Sequence record: MK250016.1
Direction: 5' to 3' (one strand)
Length of the DNA: 32,000 bases
Source of the DNA: Prevotella phage Lak-A1
Of this stretch, positions 12,283 through 24,700 are shown piece after piece. A model generated the notes under the pieces. It was not told where the DNA came from, ran no database searches, and worked only from the letters and a program-made list of their open reading frames with translations. Numbering within the stretch: position 1 is the first letter of the stretch; each line of letters opens with the position of its first letter. A program made the position numbers and the translations under genes.

Positions 12283-15200
12283 ATGGATAAGAAATGTTCT
12301 CAACTCATTATAGGTCAATCAATAATTCATAGTTTTAACCCTAAACCGTTTAAAAATATGGATACTGCTATTTATGCTCTTAATAACAAAGAATTAAGAG
12401 CTGGAGAAATTGCTATAGCATATTATAATGACCCTACTGAAACAAGAGGAATTGGAGCTATTGTAGCAACGGGTAATATTCTACCTGGAGGAAATCAAAT
12501 ATTCAAGAATACAGCATATACAGATAAACTTATAAAAAACGTTAAAGAATTAATCGAATCTAATTCAGTTGATATAAGTGTAATAGAAGAAAACGTAAAT
12601 AATAATATTGCAGATATTGCTGTTTTAAAAACATAGTTAAAAAAATTAACAGCAGATACAAATAATAATAATTCTTCAATAGATGATAAATTAAAAGAAA
12701 TCAATATCATTATTGATAATATGAAAAAGGATGTTTCAAATATTATCGATAATATTAATAAAATTGTTGCTGATGCTTCAAAATCTATTGTTGATACAGC
12801 AGCTTCTGTTTCCAAAGATTATTTAGCAGCAGATACTTCATTAAAAAACTATGTTGATAATGAAAACATAAAAATTAATCAAAAAATTGATAATATTTCA
12901 TCAAATTTTGATACAAAAGTCGAGGAAATTAGTACCAAAATAAATTCCAATACAAGTATACTTGAAAATACAATAAATAATAATTCATCATTAATTTATA
13001 ATGATATTTCAAAGTTAGATGATAAAGTAAATTCTTATAATACAAGTTTAAATACATCTTTAGCATTTAATGTTTCTACACTTAATTCTCGTATCGATGA
13101 TAATAAAAATTATGTTGATATACGTGAATCTCTTATTAGAAAATATGTTGATTCTAAAGATGATCAAATAAACTGGAATATTAATGATACATCAAAACAT
13201 ATTCATTATCGTATTGATGAAGAAGTTCATAAACTTAATGATAGAATAACGCAGGAACATATTGATATGAATAGAGTTATTGCTGATAATAAAACAGAAG
13301 CAAAGCGCTATGCAGATCAAATGTTAACAGAAGCAAAATCATATACAGATGAAGTAGAAGAATATACTAAAGCTTCTATTAAACAAGCAGAACTTGATTC
13401 AAAGAAATATACAGATGATGAAATATCAAATTTAGATAATGAATTATCAGAATCTATTCATAATACAAGTTTATATGCAAAAGAATGTTATGATGATGTA
13501 AAAAAACATCTTAAATTACAAAATGCTTCATTAATTACATATGTAAATGATGAAATCAGAATGTGTGATGAGCGTGTTACTGATAGAGTAAATAGCGTTA
13601 AAACATTAGTAGATTCTACAAAAACTCAGTTGAATACGTCTATTAATAAAGTATATGAAAATGCATTAAAATATACTAATGACACTAAGAGTGAGATATT
13701 AAAACATATATTAATTAATGATATTAAAGTAAGAGAAGATTTTGCAAAAGCTGATGCTGCATTAGATAAAAAAATTGATGATACTTCTAAATTATTAGGT
13801 GATTATGTTGATAATACGTCAAATGCTATTGTTGACCATATTAAAGATACATCAAAGTTAATATGGAATTATGTTGATAATACATCTAATGATATTGTTT
13901 CATATATTAATAATACATCTAATGATATTGTAAAATATATTGATAATACATCTGATGCTATTGTTGCATATATAGATAAACAAGATAATGCATAGAAAGA
14001 TTATACAGATGCAAAGAAAACAGAAATAATTAATTTTGTTGAAGACCTTTCTAATAATTTTAAAACTTATATTGATACCAGAGATAATGCAACATTAAGT
14101 GATGCAAAGATTTATACAAATGGAGAAATTCAAAAAGTTAATAATACAATAACAACACTTGATGAAAAAGTAGAAGATTATAATAGAAATACACATGAAT
14201 TAATTACAAATGTTTCAAATGGAATTATCAATGATTATAAAACAGAAATTAAAAATATAATTGATGATGTTTCAAGAAATGATACATGGTTATATAATCA
14301 TATTGAGAAATATAATACAGATCTTTCTGGTAAAATTGATACTAATAATCAAACAGTAACAAAATTACTCAATGATGTTTCTGATGGACTTTATCAAAAA
14401 ATTGAGGATACTTCAGATTATTTGGAAGGCGTTATTACTGCATTAGAAACAAAACATAATGATGAAGTAAAGATAACAAATACTTCTATTATGAATTTTG
14501 TTAATTCTTATAATTCAAGTACTGCTACTGCTATTAATGCTCTTAATACAAGTATTAATGATTATTGGAAAAATATAACAGATACAATTAATACAAATTT
14601 AGGAAATGTAAGTACAGGTGTTTTAGGAAAGATTAATACTATATAGAAAGATTTATCTACATATATTTAGACAGCTGAAAGCACATTAAATTCATTATAT
14701 AAAAATGCAGATTCCAGTCTTCTTGGATATATAAATGATCAAGATACAAAACTTCAAAATAATATTGATGATATTTCTACAAAGATTGTTAATAAGTTTA
14801 ATACTAAATGTGAAGAATTAAGTAATTTAATTAACACTACCACAACTAATTTAAATTCATCAATTAATAGTGTTCATGATACATTATTCCAGAAAATAGA
14901 AAATACATCTACAGAAATTGTTGATGCATTAAATACATCAATATCTAATATTAATATTAAATTAGGTTAGGATAAATCAGAATTAATAGGAAAAATTGAT
15001 GATATTTCCACAAAGATTGTTAATGCGTTAAATGTTTCAATTAATGATATTAATAAGTTGCTTAAACAGAAAGATGTAGAGTTAGATAACAAGATTGATA
15101 CTACATATACCAAAATTATTGGAGAGATGAATGCATCTGATGGTATTTTAAATAAACGTATAACCGATCTTGAAACAAAACATGTTAATGAATTAAAGCA

Positions 15201-16896
15201 AAAAGAAAAAGATCTTACAACATTAATTACTAACACAAAAACAGAATTATCTGATCAACATACAAGAGATAGAGATGCTATTATTACAAAGTATGATAAA
15301 TTAACATCTGATAATACTACAGCAATTAATAATGTTAGAAAAGATTTTGAAACTGCAGATGAAGCAATCCATACAAAATATGATAAGTTATGTAAAGATA
15401 ATAAAGATGAATTAACAGGAATAATTAAAGATATTTCCACAAAGATTGTTAATGCATTTAATACTTCTATTAGTAATGTATATGATGAATTAAAGCAAGC
15501 AGATAGTGATTTAGATATTAAATATAAAGGAATTACAGATGATATTATTACAGATTTTAATACATCAATTGGTAAAGTATACAATGAATTAAAGCAAACA
15601 GATAGTGATTTATTAAAGAAAATTAATGACGCAAGTAGTTTAATTCCAAAAGCATAGGACAGTGCTGTTACAACATATGAAGCGTTGAAATATGTATGGA
15701 GTGACGGTAATAATGCTTCTGATAAATGTGTTGTTGGTGCAGGATAGACTAATGTTGTTTTAAAAGATAATAAGGTTCAATTTGTTTTAGGAGCATGGAA
15801 TAATGGAACAACAAAACTTCGTTATACTGAAATTCCAGAAACAACTACAGCACATAATGGTCTTTTATCTATTGGTTCTAAATAGAAATATGATAATTAT
15901 GCAAATGATATTCAAACTATTAATCAAACTATTACTGAAGTTAAATAGAATTTAAGTGCAGAAACATAGACACGTGAGACTGAAGATCATAAGTTACAAA
16001 CTAGTATTGATACAATTAATAATACTACAATACCTAATTTACATACAACTATTACAACAGAAGTTAGTACTAAATATGATCCACAAATTAATACAATTAA
16101 CGGTAAGATAACTAGTGAATCTACTACATTACAAGGTAATATAGATAATCTTAAAACAACATTACAAACTGATTATGACACTAAATTAAGTGAATTGAAT
16201 ACTTCTATTAATAATAAAGTATATAAAGTATTAGATGGTAGAATTACCAGAGAAATAGATACTGTAAATACAAATTATAAAGCAGAAGATTCTCGCTTAC
16301 AGGGTGAAATAGATAAGATTAATAATACTACTATTGATAAAAAAGTTAATGATCTTAAAACTACATTAGAAGGTAAATATGATCCAGAAATAAGTACAAT
16401 CAAACAAACAATTTCTGATAATCAGTCTGATATTATTGATAATAAGTTACCAAGTTTAAAGACTTCTATTGAAACAGATTATAATAAGAAAATAAATGAT
16501 GAAACAAATGCACGTAAGGAAATAGATTCATTGTTAAAAACTGATATTGATTTATTAAAAGGGAAAGTTAATACCATAAATAATCTTATCGGAACAGTAG
16601 ATAAAGATAATAATAAAAATATTATCGAGATGTTTAAAGATGTAAATCAATCTATTACAGATATTAAACAATCTATTGCTTAGTTAGATACTCGTATAAC
16701 ATCACTGGAAGCAACAGGTTCAACACATCCAGATATTGAAAATAGAATTAAAGTTCTTGAATCTAAATATGATTAGATAACAACAATGTCTAGTGATATT
16801 ACTGATATTAAAGCAAAACTTAATAATATCAATGCTGATCACGAAAACTTATATAATGGTGTAAAAACTTATAATGAATCATTAAACTATGATTAA
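12283..16896 (+). CDS. Coiled-coil tail-fibre-like protein A, about 1537 aa (TAG=Gln)
   Basis: ATG 12283 to TAA 16894-16896, frame 1. Joins track ORFs 12283, 12721, 14422, 15058 and 16195. Very rich in heptad/hendecad-like Ile/Leu/Asn/Asp/Lys repeats. N-terminal module ELRAGEIAIAYYND. Confidence 0.88.
13801..13995 (+). repeat. 33-nt / 11-aa tandem degenerate repeat (Y-[VI]-[DN]-N-T-S-N-[DA]-I-V-x)
   Basis: YVDNTSNAIVD HIKDTSKLIWN YVDNTSNDIVS YINNTSNDIVK YIDNTSDAIVA YID. The first-position codons start at 13804, 13837, 13870, 13903, 13936 and 13969, exactly 33 nt apart. Confidence 0.95.
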
Positions 16897-16904
16897 ATAA
16901 ATAT

Positions 16905-16950
16905 AATGGTGATATAGAAATGAAAAGCTATATCACCATTTATTGTTTTT
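16905..16950 (+). terminator. Rho-independent terminator
   Basis: 13-bp perfect stem aatggtgatatag (16905-16917) / ctatatcaccatt (16928-16940), 10-nt loop, followed by tattgttttt. Confidence 0.85.
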
Positions 16951-16951
16951 A

Positions 16952-16983
16952 GATAAATATAAAAAATATAGATTTTAATATAT
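16952..16983 (+). promoter_or_regulatory. Conserved leader/promoter box GATAAATATAAAAAATATAGATTTTAA
   Basis: Starts 32 nt before ATG 16984, directly after a terminator. Confidence 0.55.
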
Positions 16984-18648
16984 ATGAATGTTTATGATTT
17001 ACCTCCTCGTAGACCAGGAGTAAACACATGTCACCCATGTCCACCTCCACCACCAATGCCTCCACATTGTGGTCCTCATCATGGTCCATGTCATGATCCA
17101 TTCCATGATCATTGTTGTGAACCTCCACATCATTGTCATCCACCATATTAGATAATTAATCATTATAATAAAGTATGTTTTAAAAATTATGATGAAGCAG
17201 TTAGTAAATTAAAAGTAAAGAATTTACTTCCTGGTGAAATGGCATTTGCTTATTATTTTGATAAAACAGCAGATTATGGAATTAATGCTATTGCTGCAGT
17301 TGGCTCAATTAAATTAGGTGGAACTAATATTATCTATGATAATGCAGATAAAGTTCAACAACTTATGGATAAATTATAGGATACAGTTTTTGCAAATAAT
17401 GAGAAATTTGATTCTATCAAAACCAAATTAGATATGTTGGATGATATTTCAACAAAATTAGATAATATTATTAAAAATGATTCATCTAATTCATCCACTA
17501 TTACTAGTTCACTTGATGGTATTAAAAAAGATATAGAAAATCTTAAAGATTCTGATACTTCTATATTCGAAAGACTTGATACTATTGATTCTCAAGTAAA
17601 CCAGATTGGCGAATATTTAGAAACTCATGAAGAATTTGCGCAGGCATTGGATGCATCTGTAAAGAAACTTCGTGATGATGTAGATAATCTTGGACTTGAT
17701 GGAAAACTTAATGAGTTAGATTAGAAGATTGAACAAACAAAGCAAGACATCCTTACATAGGCTACAGCAGATCATGCTAAACTTAAATCAGACTTTGAAA
17801 AGCAAATCAATGATTTATCTACTAATTACTCAAGTAGTCTTGACGATCTTAAAGTTGCAATCACTGCAGAAATTGAAGCTGCAACAACGCCTATAAAAAA
17901 TGATATTTATGATTTATAGGTAAAAGACGGTGTATTAGATAAGAAAATTGATGATACAAAAGTTGAAACTGTTACAGAATCTAAACAATATACAGATCAA
18001 AAAATTGAAGCTACAATACAGGATATTAATACTTCATTAACAAAAATGAAGAATGATATTCATGATTTATCAGATCTTATTACTGAATCAACAACTAATG
18101 CAACTAATGCACATCAAGAATTAAAAACTTATATTGATGGAATTAAAGCAAATATTACCAGTGAAAATACAACATTTAAAGGTGAGGTTACTGCAGAACT
18201 TAATTCTCAAAAGCAATATTTGAAAGATTCCATAGAAGGATTTAAGAGTGAATATACTGCATCAACAAATGATTCTATATAGAGAGAATGCGGAAAAGTA
18301 TAGACAAAACTTGAAGAGTTTATTAATACAGCAAATACAAAACATTCTGCAATTGAAGCAAAAATTTTAACGATTAACCAAAATTTTGATACATATAAAA
18401 CAGAAGTAAACGGTAAAGTTGATAATAAGATTGCTAAGTTAAATACAGATATGAGAAACTATCTTGATAAAGCAATTTCTTAGGATAGAATTCATTATGA
18501 TGCAATATATGCACGTAAAGATGAAATGCATAAACAAATAAGTGGTGGTAAAGGTATTGTTATTGAAAATGGAGTAGCAAACCTTACTATTGATGATAAT
18601 GGTATTTTAACAATTGGTGGTAAACGTTATCAGTTAACACAGATTTAA
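16984..18648 (+). CDS. Coiled-coil fibre-like protein B, about 554 aa, with a Cys/His/Pro-rich N-terminus (TAG=Gln)
   Basis: ATG 16984 to TAA 18646-18648, frame 1. Contains track ORFs 17434 and 18046. N-terminal module NLLPGEMAFAYYFD. C-terminus GGKGIVIENGVATLTIDDNGILTIGGKRYQLTQI. Confidence 0.88.
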
Positions 18649-18671
18649 TATTTTATTAAATAAACAATTAT

Positions 18672-18711
18672 AAAGAGACTATTTTTCGCGAATAGTCTCT
18701 TTCTTTTTAAT
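18672..18711 (+). terminator. Rho-independent terminator
   Basis: 12-bp perfect stem aaagagactatt (18672-18683) / aatagtctcttt (18691-18702), 7-nt loop tttcgcg, then cttttt. Confidence 0.9.
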
Positions 18712-18747
18712 AATAAATATAAAAAGAAATTTTAAACAAATATAAAC
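18712..18747 (+). promoter_or_regulatory. Conserved leader/promoter box AATAAATATAAAAAGAAATTTTAA
   Basis: Starts 36 nt before ATG 18748, directly after a terminator. Confidence 0.55.
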
Positions 18748-21700
18748 ATGGCAGGATTTATGGATAATAACAAATATGGTCATCATAATGTTCCACCTGT
18801 TGGCCTTAATGGATTTAATAAGATATGTTTCACTGATTAGAAAGAAGCAGAAAATATGTTGTTAAATAAGGCATTGTTACCAGGTTAGCTTACATTTGCA
18901 TACTATTATGATAATGATTCAGCTAATGGTGTTAATGTCATGGCAGCAGTAGGTACATTAAAAGGTGAGAAAGACAATCATATTTTTGTTAGTTATGAAA
19001 CTATAAATTAGTTAATTGACTCTATAGATGATTCATTAGATGATTATGATACTAGCTTAATATATATTCGTAAGGAAGTTATGAATAAACTTTCTGTTTT
19101 AGAAGATGAATAGACTAAATTATCAAATAAGGTTGATAACATCTTACCAGATATGCAACCAAAGTTTGATGAAATATATACAAAGTTAGAATCATTAGAA
19201 TCAGCAGGAAAAGAATATACTGATACAAAAGTTAATGAATTAACTGAATATGTTAATTCTTCTGTAATGGAAAAGATTAATAATTATGAAGGCACAATGT
19301 CTGATATGATATTAGATGCATCTTCTAAATTAGATAACATGCAGAAGGAATTTGAATCAAAAGCGAAAGAAATTCTTAACAGAAGTGAAGATGTATATAA
19401 TACTCTTGATGTTTCTCTTCGTAATTATGTTGATAATGAAATGTTGGGAATGCAACAGTTTGTTCATTCTGAAACAACACAAGCAGTTATTGACATGAAT
19501 GCAAAATATGCTGTTTTGAAAAAAGCAGTTGCATCTATAAATGCGTCAGTTAATGATGTAGATATTAAACATAACAAAAAGGAAACAGAATTAAATAGAA
19601 CTATTGTTGAAACAGCAACACAATTAACAGAAGATTTATAGGTTGCTAATGTTTCACTTATTAATTATATTAATCAATAGTCAGAATTATTTAATAAGAG
19701 AATCGATAAGAAGATTGATGAACTTGAATTTAATGTAAAATCTAAAAATATTGATTTAACAAATACAGTAGAAGAATATCAGCATAATATTAAAAATGAT
19801 ATTGCTGTATTCAATACATCTATGAGAACTTTTGTTAAATCAAGTCTTGCCACAGTTTAGACAGATGTAAATTCAAAGTATTCAGAATTAAAAACATATG
19901 TTACATCAAATGATGCATCTTTATTAAATTATGTTAATGCACTTGAAGTTGCATAGAAGACATATATCAATAAGCATGATTCTGAAATTAAATCTTGGAT
20001 TGCAACTGCTAATACTTCTTTATTTAATATTGTACGTTCAACTGATAGTAAGTTAAAGGATGATATTGATGCAATGGATTCACGTCATCAGGCAATGTAT
20101 CGTTCAGTAGAATCAAGACTCGATAATCTTATTGATGATATTTCAACAGATCTTAATATCCTTGTTAATGAATATAATAAGGAAATTAAAAACTTTACAC
20201 GTAAACATGTAAGCGATCTTGAAAATCAACTTAAAGTTCAAAATGTAAGTCTTGTAAATTATATTGACGATAAAGCATAGGAAGGTGTTAATGAAACTCG
20301 TTTACTCAATGCATCTCTTCGCACACAATTAAAGAATACTGTAAATTTACTTAATACAAGTATTAACAATTCAATTCAATATACAGACGATGAGATTTCT
20401 AATTTAAAGACATATGTTGATAATGAAAATTCATCTATTATAACTTATGTTGATAATCAAGATTCAAAAGTTAAGTTATATGCTGAATTAAAAGATAAAG
20501 AAGTAAAAAATTATATTGATGAATTAGAAGAACAACTTAAGAAATATTCTAATGAAGGTGATTCTTCCGTTGTTAATTATATTAAATTAACAAAAGAGAA
20601 TATTGAAGAATTTGTTAAAAAGCAGGATGAAGATACATTAAAGAAAGCATATATTCATGATGATGAAATCAGAAATAATATGATTGCAGACTATAATGCA
20701 TTTGTTCGTAAGCAAAAAGATATTGATGCATCTTTATTAAATTATGTTAAAAATACAGATACTTCATTATTTAATTATATTAAGAATAGAGATGAACAAA
20801 TAAAGAGATGGATTGCTATTGGTGATACGTCAATTTATAATTATTTCAAGTCTATTAATACATCATTATTTAATTATGTAACAAAGAAAGATACTGATTT
20901 ACAGAATACTATTGTAAATACAGGTACAAAGTTACAAAATGATATGGAAGTATTCAAGACAAATGTTAATTCAAAGATTGATTCTGCGAATATTAATCTT
21001 GATAATAAGATGAATTCTTATAATACTTCAATGATGTCTTATATACAGTCTAATGATGTTTCTATTATAAGCGCTGTTAACAGTAAAGATCATGATCTTG
21101 AAACAAAATTGAATAATGAAATTTCTAAAGTAAAAACACAATTAGAAACACAGGATTCATCAATTTTGAATTATGTATTAAATGCTGATTCATCTATTAA
21201 GAATAATATTGCTATTATTAACGATACAATTAATAATGAACTTAAAATTGATATTAAGAAACTTAATACAAAAGTTGATGTAACAGAATCTTCTATTGTT
21301 AATTATATCAATACTAATGATCATAAATTAGGTTCTTATATTGATACAGAAATTACTAAGGCTGCAAATAATTGTAAAGCAAATGATTCATCTGTTGTTA
21401 ATTTTATTAAGAAGGAAGATTCATCTATTGTTAATTATGTTAATGGTACAGTTAAGTAGGATTTACTTAATATGATTAATGATACAAATACATCAATTAT
21501 TAATTATGTTGCTGCGAATTCTTCATTATTTAATTATATAACAAATAATGATACATTACTTAAAGCACTTATTGAAAGTAAAGATGGTTCTATTCTTAAT
21601 TCATTAACATCTGCAGATGCTTCAATTATTAATTTAATAGAAAAATACAATACAGAATTAACAAATAAAATTAATTCAAATGATTCTTCTATTAATTCCA

Positions 21701-24700
21701 AGGTTGATAAGTTCAATGCTTCTACATTTAGTCATTTTACATTACAAGATGCGAATATTCAAGCTAAATCAGATTTAGCAGATACATCTATTGTAAGCTA
21801 TGTAGACTCACAACTTTCTGGATTTAATACAAGTATTAATCAATCAGTTTCAAATATTAATAATAAGATTGATTCTGTAAAGAATGATCTTGAAAATACT
21901 ATAGAAACAAATAATACTTCTATTGTTAATTATGTTAAAGCACATGATGCTGATATTGAAAACATGATTACAACAAATAAGGAAGTTTATAACTATATTA
22001 ATACACAAGATACATCTATTGTTAATTTTATTAAGAAACAAGATTCAGAACTTGATAATAAAATTGATATTGTAAACAGTAACCTTAATAATAAATTAGA
22101 TACACAGAATGCAGAAATACGTCAGGAAGTTATCGATAAGACAAATGAGGTTTATTATACATTATCAAATAAGATAACAGATTTAAGTAATACTGTACAT
22201 GATAATGATACTTCTATTCTTAATTATGTTAAAGCATCTGATACTGATTTAAACAATAATTTATTACAGTTAGATACTAAACTTCATAATGAATTAGATA
22301 ATAATAAGACAGAATTAAATAATACTATTAATTCAGCTATTACAGATTATGAAAATAAGAGAACTGATTTTGAAACTAATGTTAATAATGCTATAAGTGA
22401 ATTTAAAACAGATGTTTCAACAAAATTCTCTTCATTCAATACAAAGCTTCATAATGAAATGAATGAATTAATATCTAATGTTAATACAAGCATTAATGTT
22501 ACAAATTCATCTACTATTAATTATCTTGAAAATGAAATTTCTAAAATTGATAATAAAGTCAATAATTAGAATTCTTCATTATCAGTTGCATTTGAAAATT
22601 ATAAAACTGAAACAGATACAATTCTTAATAATAAATTAGAAACAGTTAAATCAGATCTTGATAATACAATAAAAGATAAATTCACTGAAGTTGATATTAC
22701 TCTTGATAAAGCAAAGACTGAATTAATTGCAACTAATGAAATATTTAAGAATGAGATTAATAATGAGATTACTAATTTAAATACTGAAGTTGATAATAAA
22801 TTAAATGATTTCAAATCATATGTTGATTCAGAAAATATCAGTCAGGATATTAAAAACGAAACACGTTATAATACTTTAAAGAATGATATTTCAACATTAG
22901 ATAATCAAGTAAATACTCGTATTACTACACATGAGAAATTATGTGTAGCTGATATTGAAAATGCAAAAATTGAAATCAATAATAAGGTTAATACTGTTAA
23001 TTCATCATTAGTAAGTTATATTGATAAGAATGATACTGAGATTAAACAGGAATTTGCAAATAGATTAGCTGATTTAACAAATTATGTTAATACACAAGAT
23101 GCCACATTAGATAGAAAGATTGATAAAGTTAATCATGATTTAACTGAAACAATTACAGATGTAGATTTACGTGCAACTACCGGTATTAATAATCTTAGAA
23201 CTGATATGAATTATGAGATAGATAGATTAGATAATAAGATCGATGCTACTGAAAGAAGTATTAGAACTGATTTTGAAACTGCAGATAATGCATTACGAGA
23301 AGAAATAACAAAGGTAAATCATGATATTCGTCAGGATATGAATTCTCGCGATGATGATTTACAATAGCAAATAACTGATGTTAGCAAAGATCTTAAACAA
23401 TTTGTTGTTGATTCATCTAATATGATTACAAAACATATTGCTAATGTTTCTTCTGATATTCATGATGTTATTTCTGATACATCTGCATTAATTTGGGGTT
23501 ATATTGATAATACATCTGATGCAATTGTTAATTATGTTAAATTATTTGATACATCACTTAAAAATTATTCTGATATAGAAGATAATAAATTAAAATTAAG
23601 AATTGAAAATGTTTCTTCTAAATTGATAGATGTAAGTAATGCATTAGATAAACTCATGGGTACTGGTGATGTTACTACAGCTATAGATACATTTAAAGAA
23701 ATTGAAGAATTCTTAAAAACATACAGTAATAAAGATTCATTATCAGCATTATTAAAAACTAATTCAGATACTGATAAAGCATATGCAGATTCAATTTTAA
23801 AACGTTTTAAAGAATATATTGAGAATTATATATTAGACGGTTCTACTGATATTATCAATAAGATATATAATACATCAAATGATATTGTTCACTTTATTTA
23901 GGATGTTTCAAATAAATTTAAGTCTTATATTGATATTCAAGACGGTAAATTAGATGGAAAAATTACAGTATTAAGAACAGATCTTGATACTACAAATAGT
24001 AATATTACTGATTTAAAAGAATATGTTGATAATCAGGATGCAGCAATAAACAGAAAGATTACAACTTTATCAAATACAGTAGATCAAAATAAGACAGATA
24101 TTAATCAGAAAGTTGATTTATTGAAAGATTATGTTAATAATGATGTTTCTAATAAGATTGTTGCATATGTTAATAATGTTTCAAATAACATTGTTAAATA
24201 TATTGATAATACATCTAATAAAATTGTTACATATGTAAATAATGTTTCTAATAAGATTGTAACTAAATTTGACACAGAAGTTGGAAGATTAGATACTCGT
24301 ATTGATAATACCTCTGACTATATTGTTCATTATTTAAATGATACATCAGATGCTATTGTTGAATATATCAAAACAAGATCAAATACGCTTAACACTAAAA
24401 TTGATAATGTTTCAGATTATATTGTTCATCAATTTAATGATGTTTCAGACGGTTTATATAAATTAATAACACTTAAGTATAATAATTTATCATCTTCTAT
24501 TGGAGACACGATTAAGAAACATAATGAAGATATTTAGAATATTCAACGATATGTTAATCAATAGATTGCAGATACAACTGATACATTAAGACAAGAAATT
24601 AAAGTTGTATAGGATAATGTAACTGAAGTAGATAGAAAATATAATGAAAAGTTTGTTACTTTATATAATAAAGATCTTAAAGATGTTAATTCTTCTATCA

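Noticed and set aside
17029-17148. Collagen-like or zinc-finger assignment for the Cys/His/Pro tract
   Set aside because: No Gly-X-Y periodicity and no canonical CxxC...HxxxH spacing. Reported only as a composition-based metal-binding candidate.
12495-22814. Antisense track ORFs at 12495-12815, 14967-15236, 15255-15584, 16949-17146, 21534-21716, 21850-22041 and 22599-22814 (-)
   Set aside because: They lie wholly inside long sense genes, are low-complexity and hydrophobic or mirror the coiled-coil codons, and have no leader motif. Shadow ORFs.
13801-24370. CRISPR-like or intergenic satellite interpretation of the regular 33-nt repeats
   Set aside because: The repeats are contiguous with no spacers, degenerate at third codon positions and in frame with an 11-residue protein motif. 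They are coding coiled-coil repeats.
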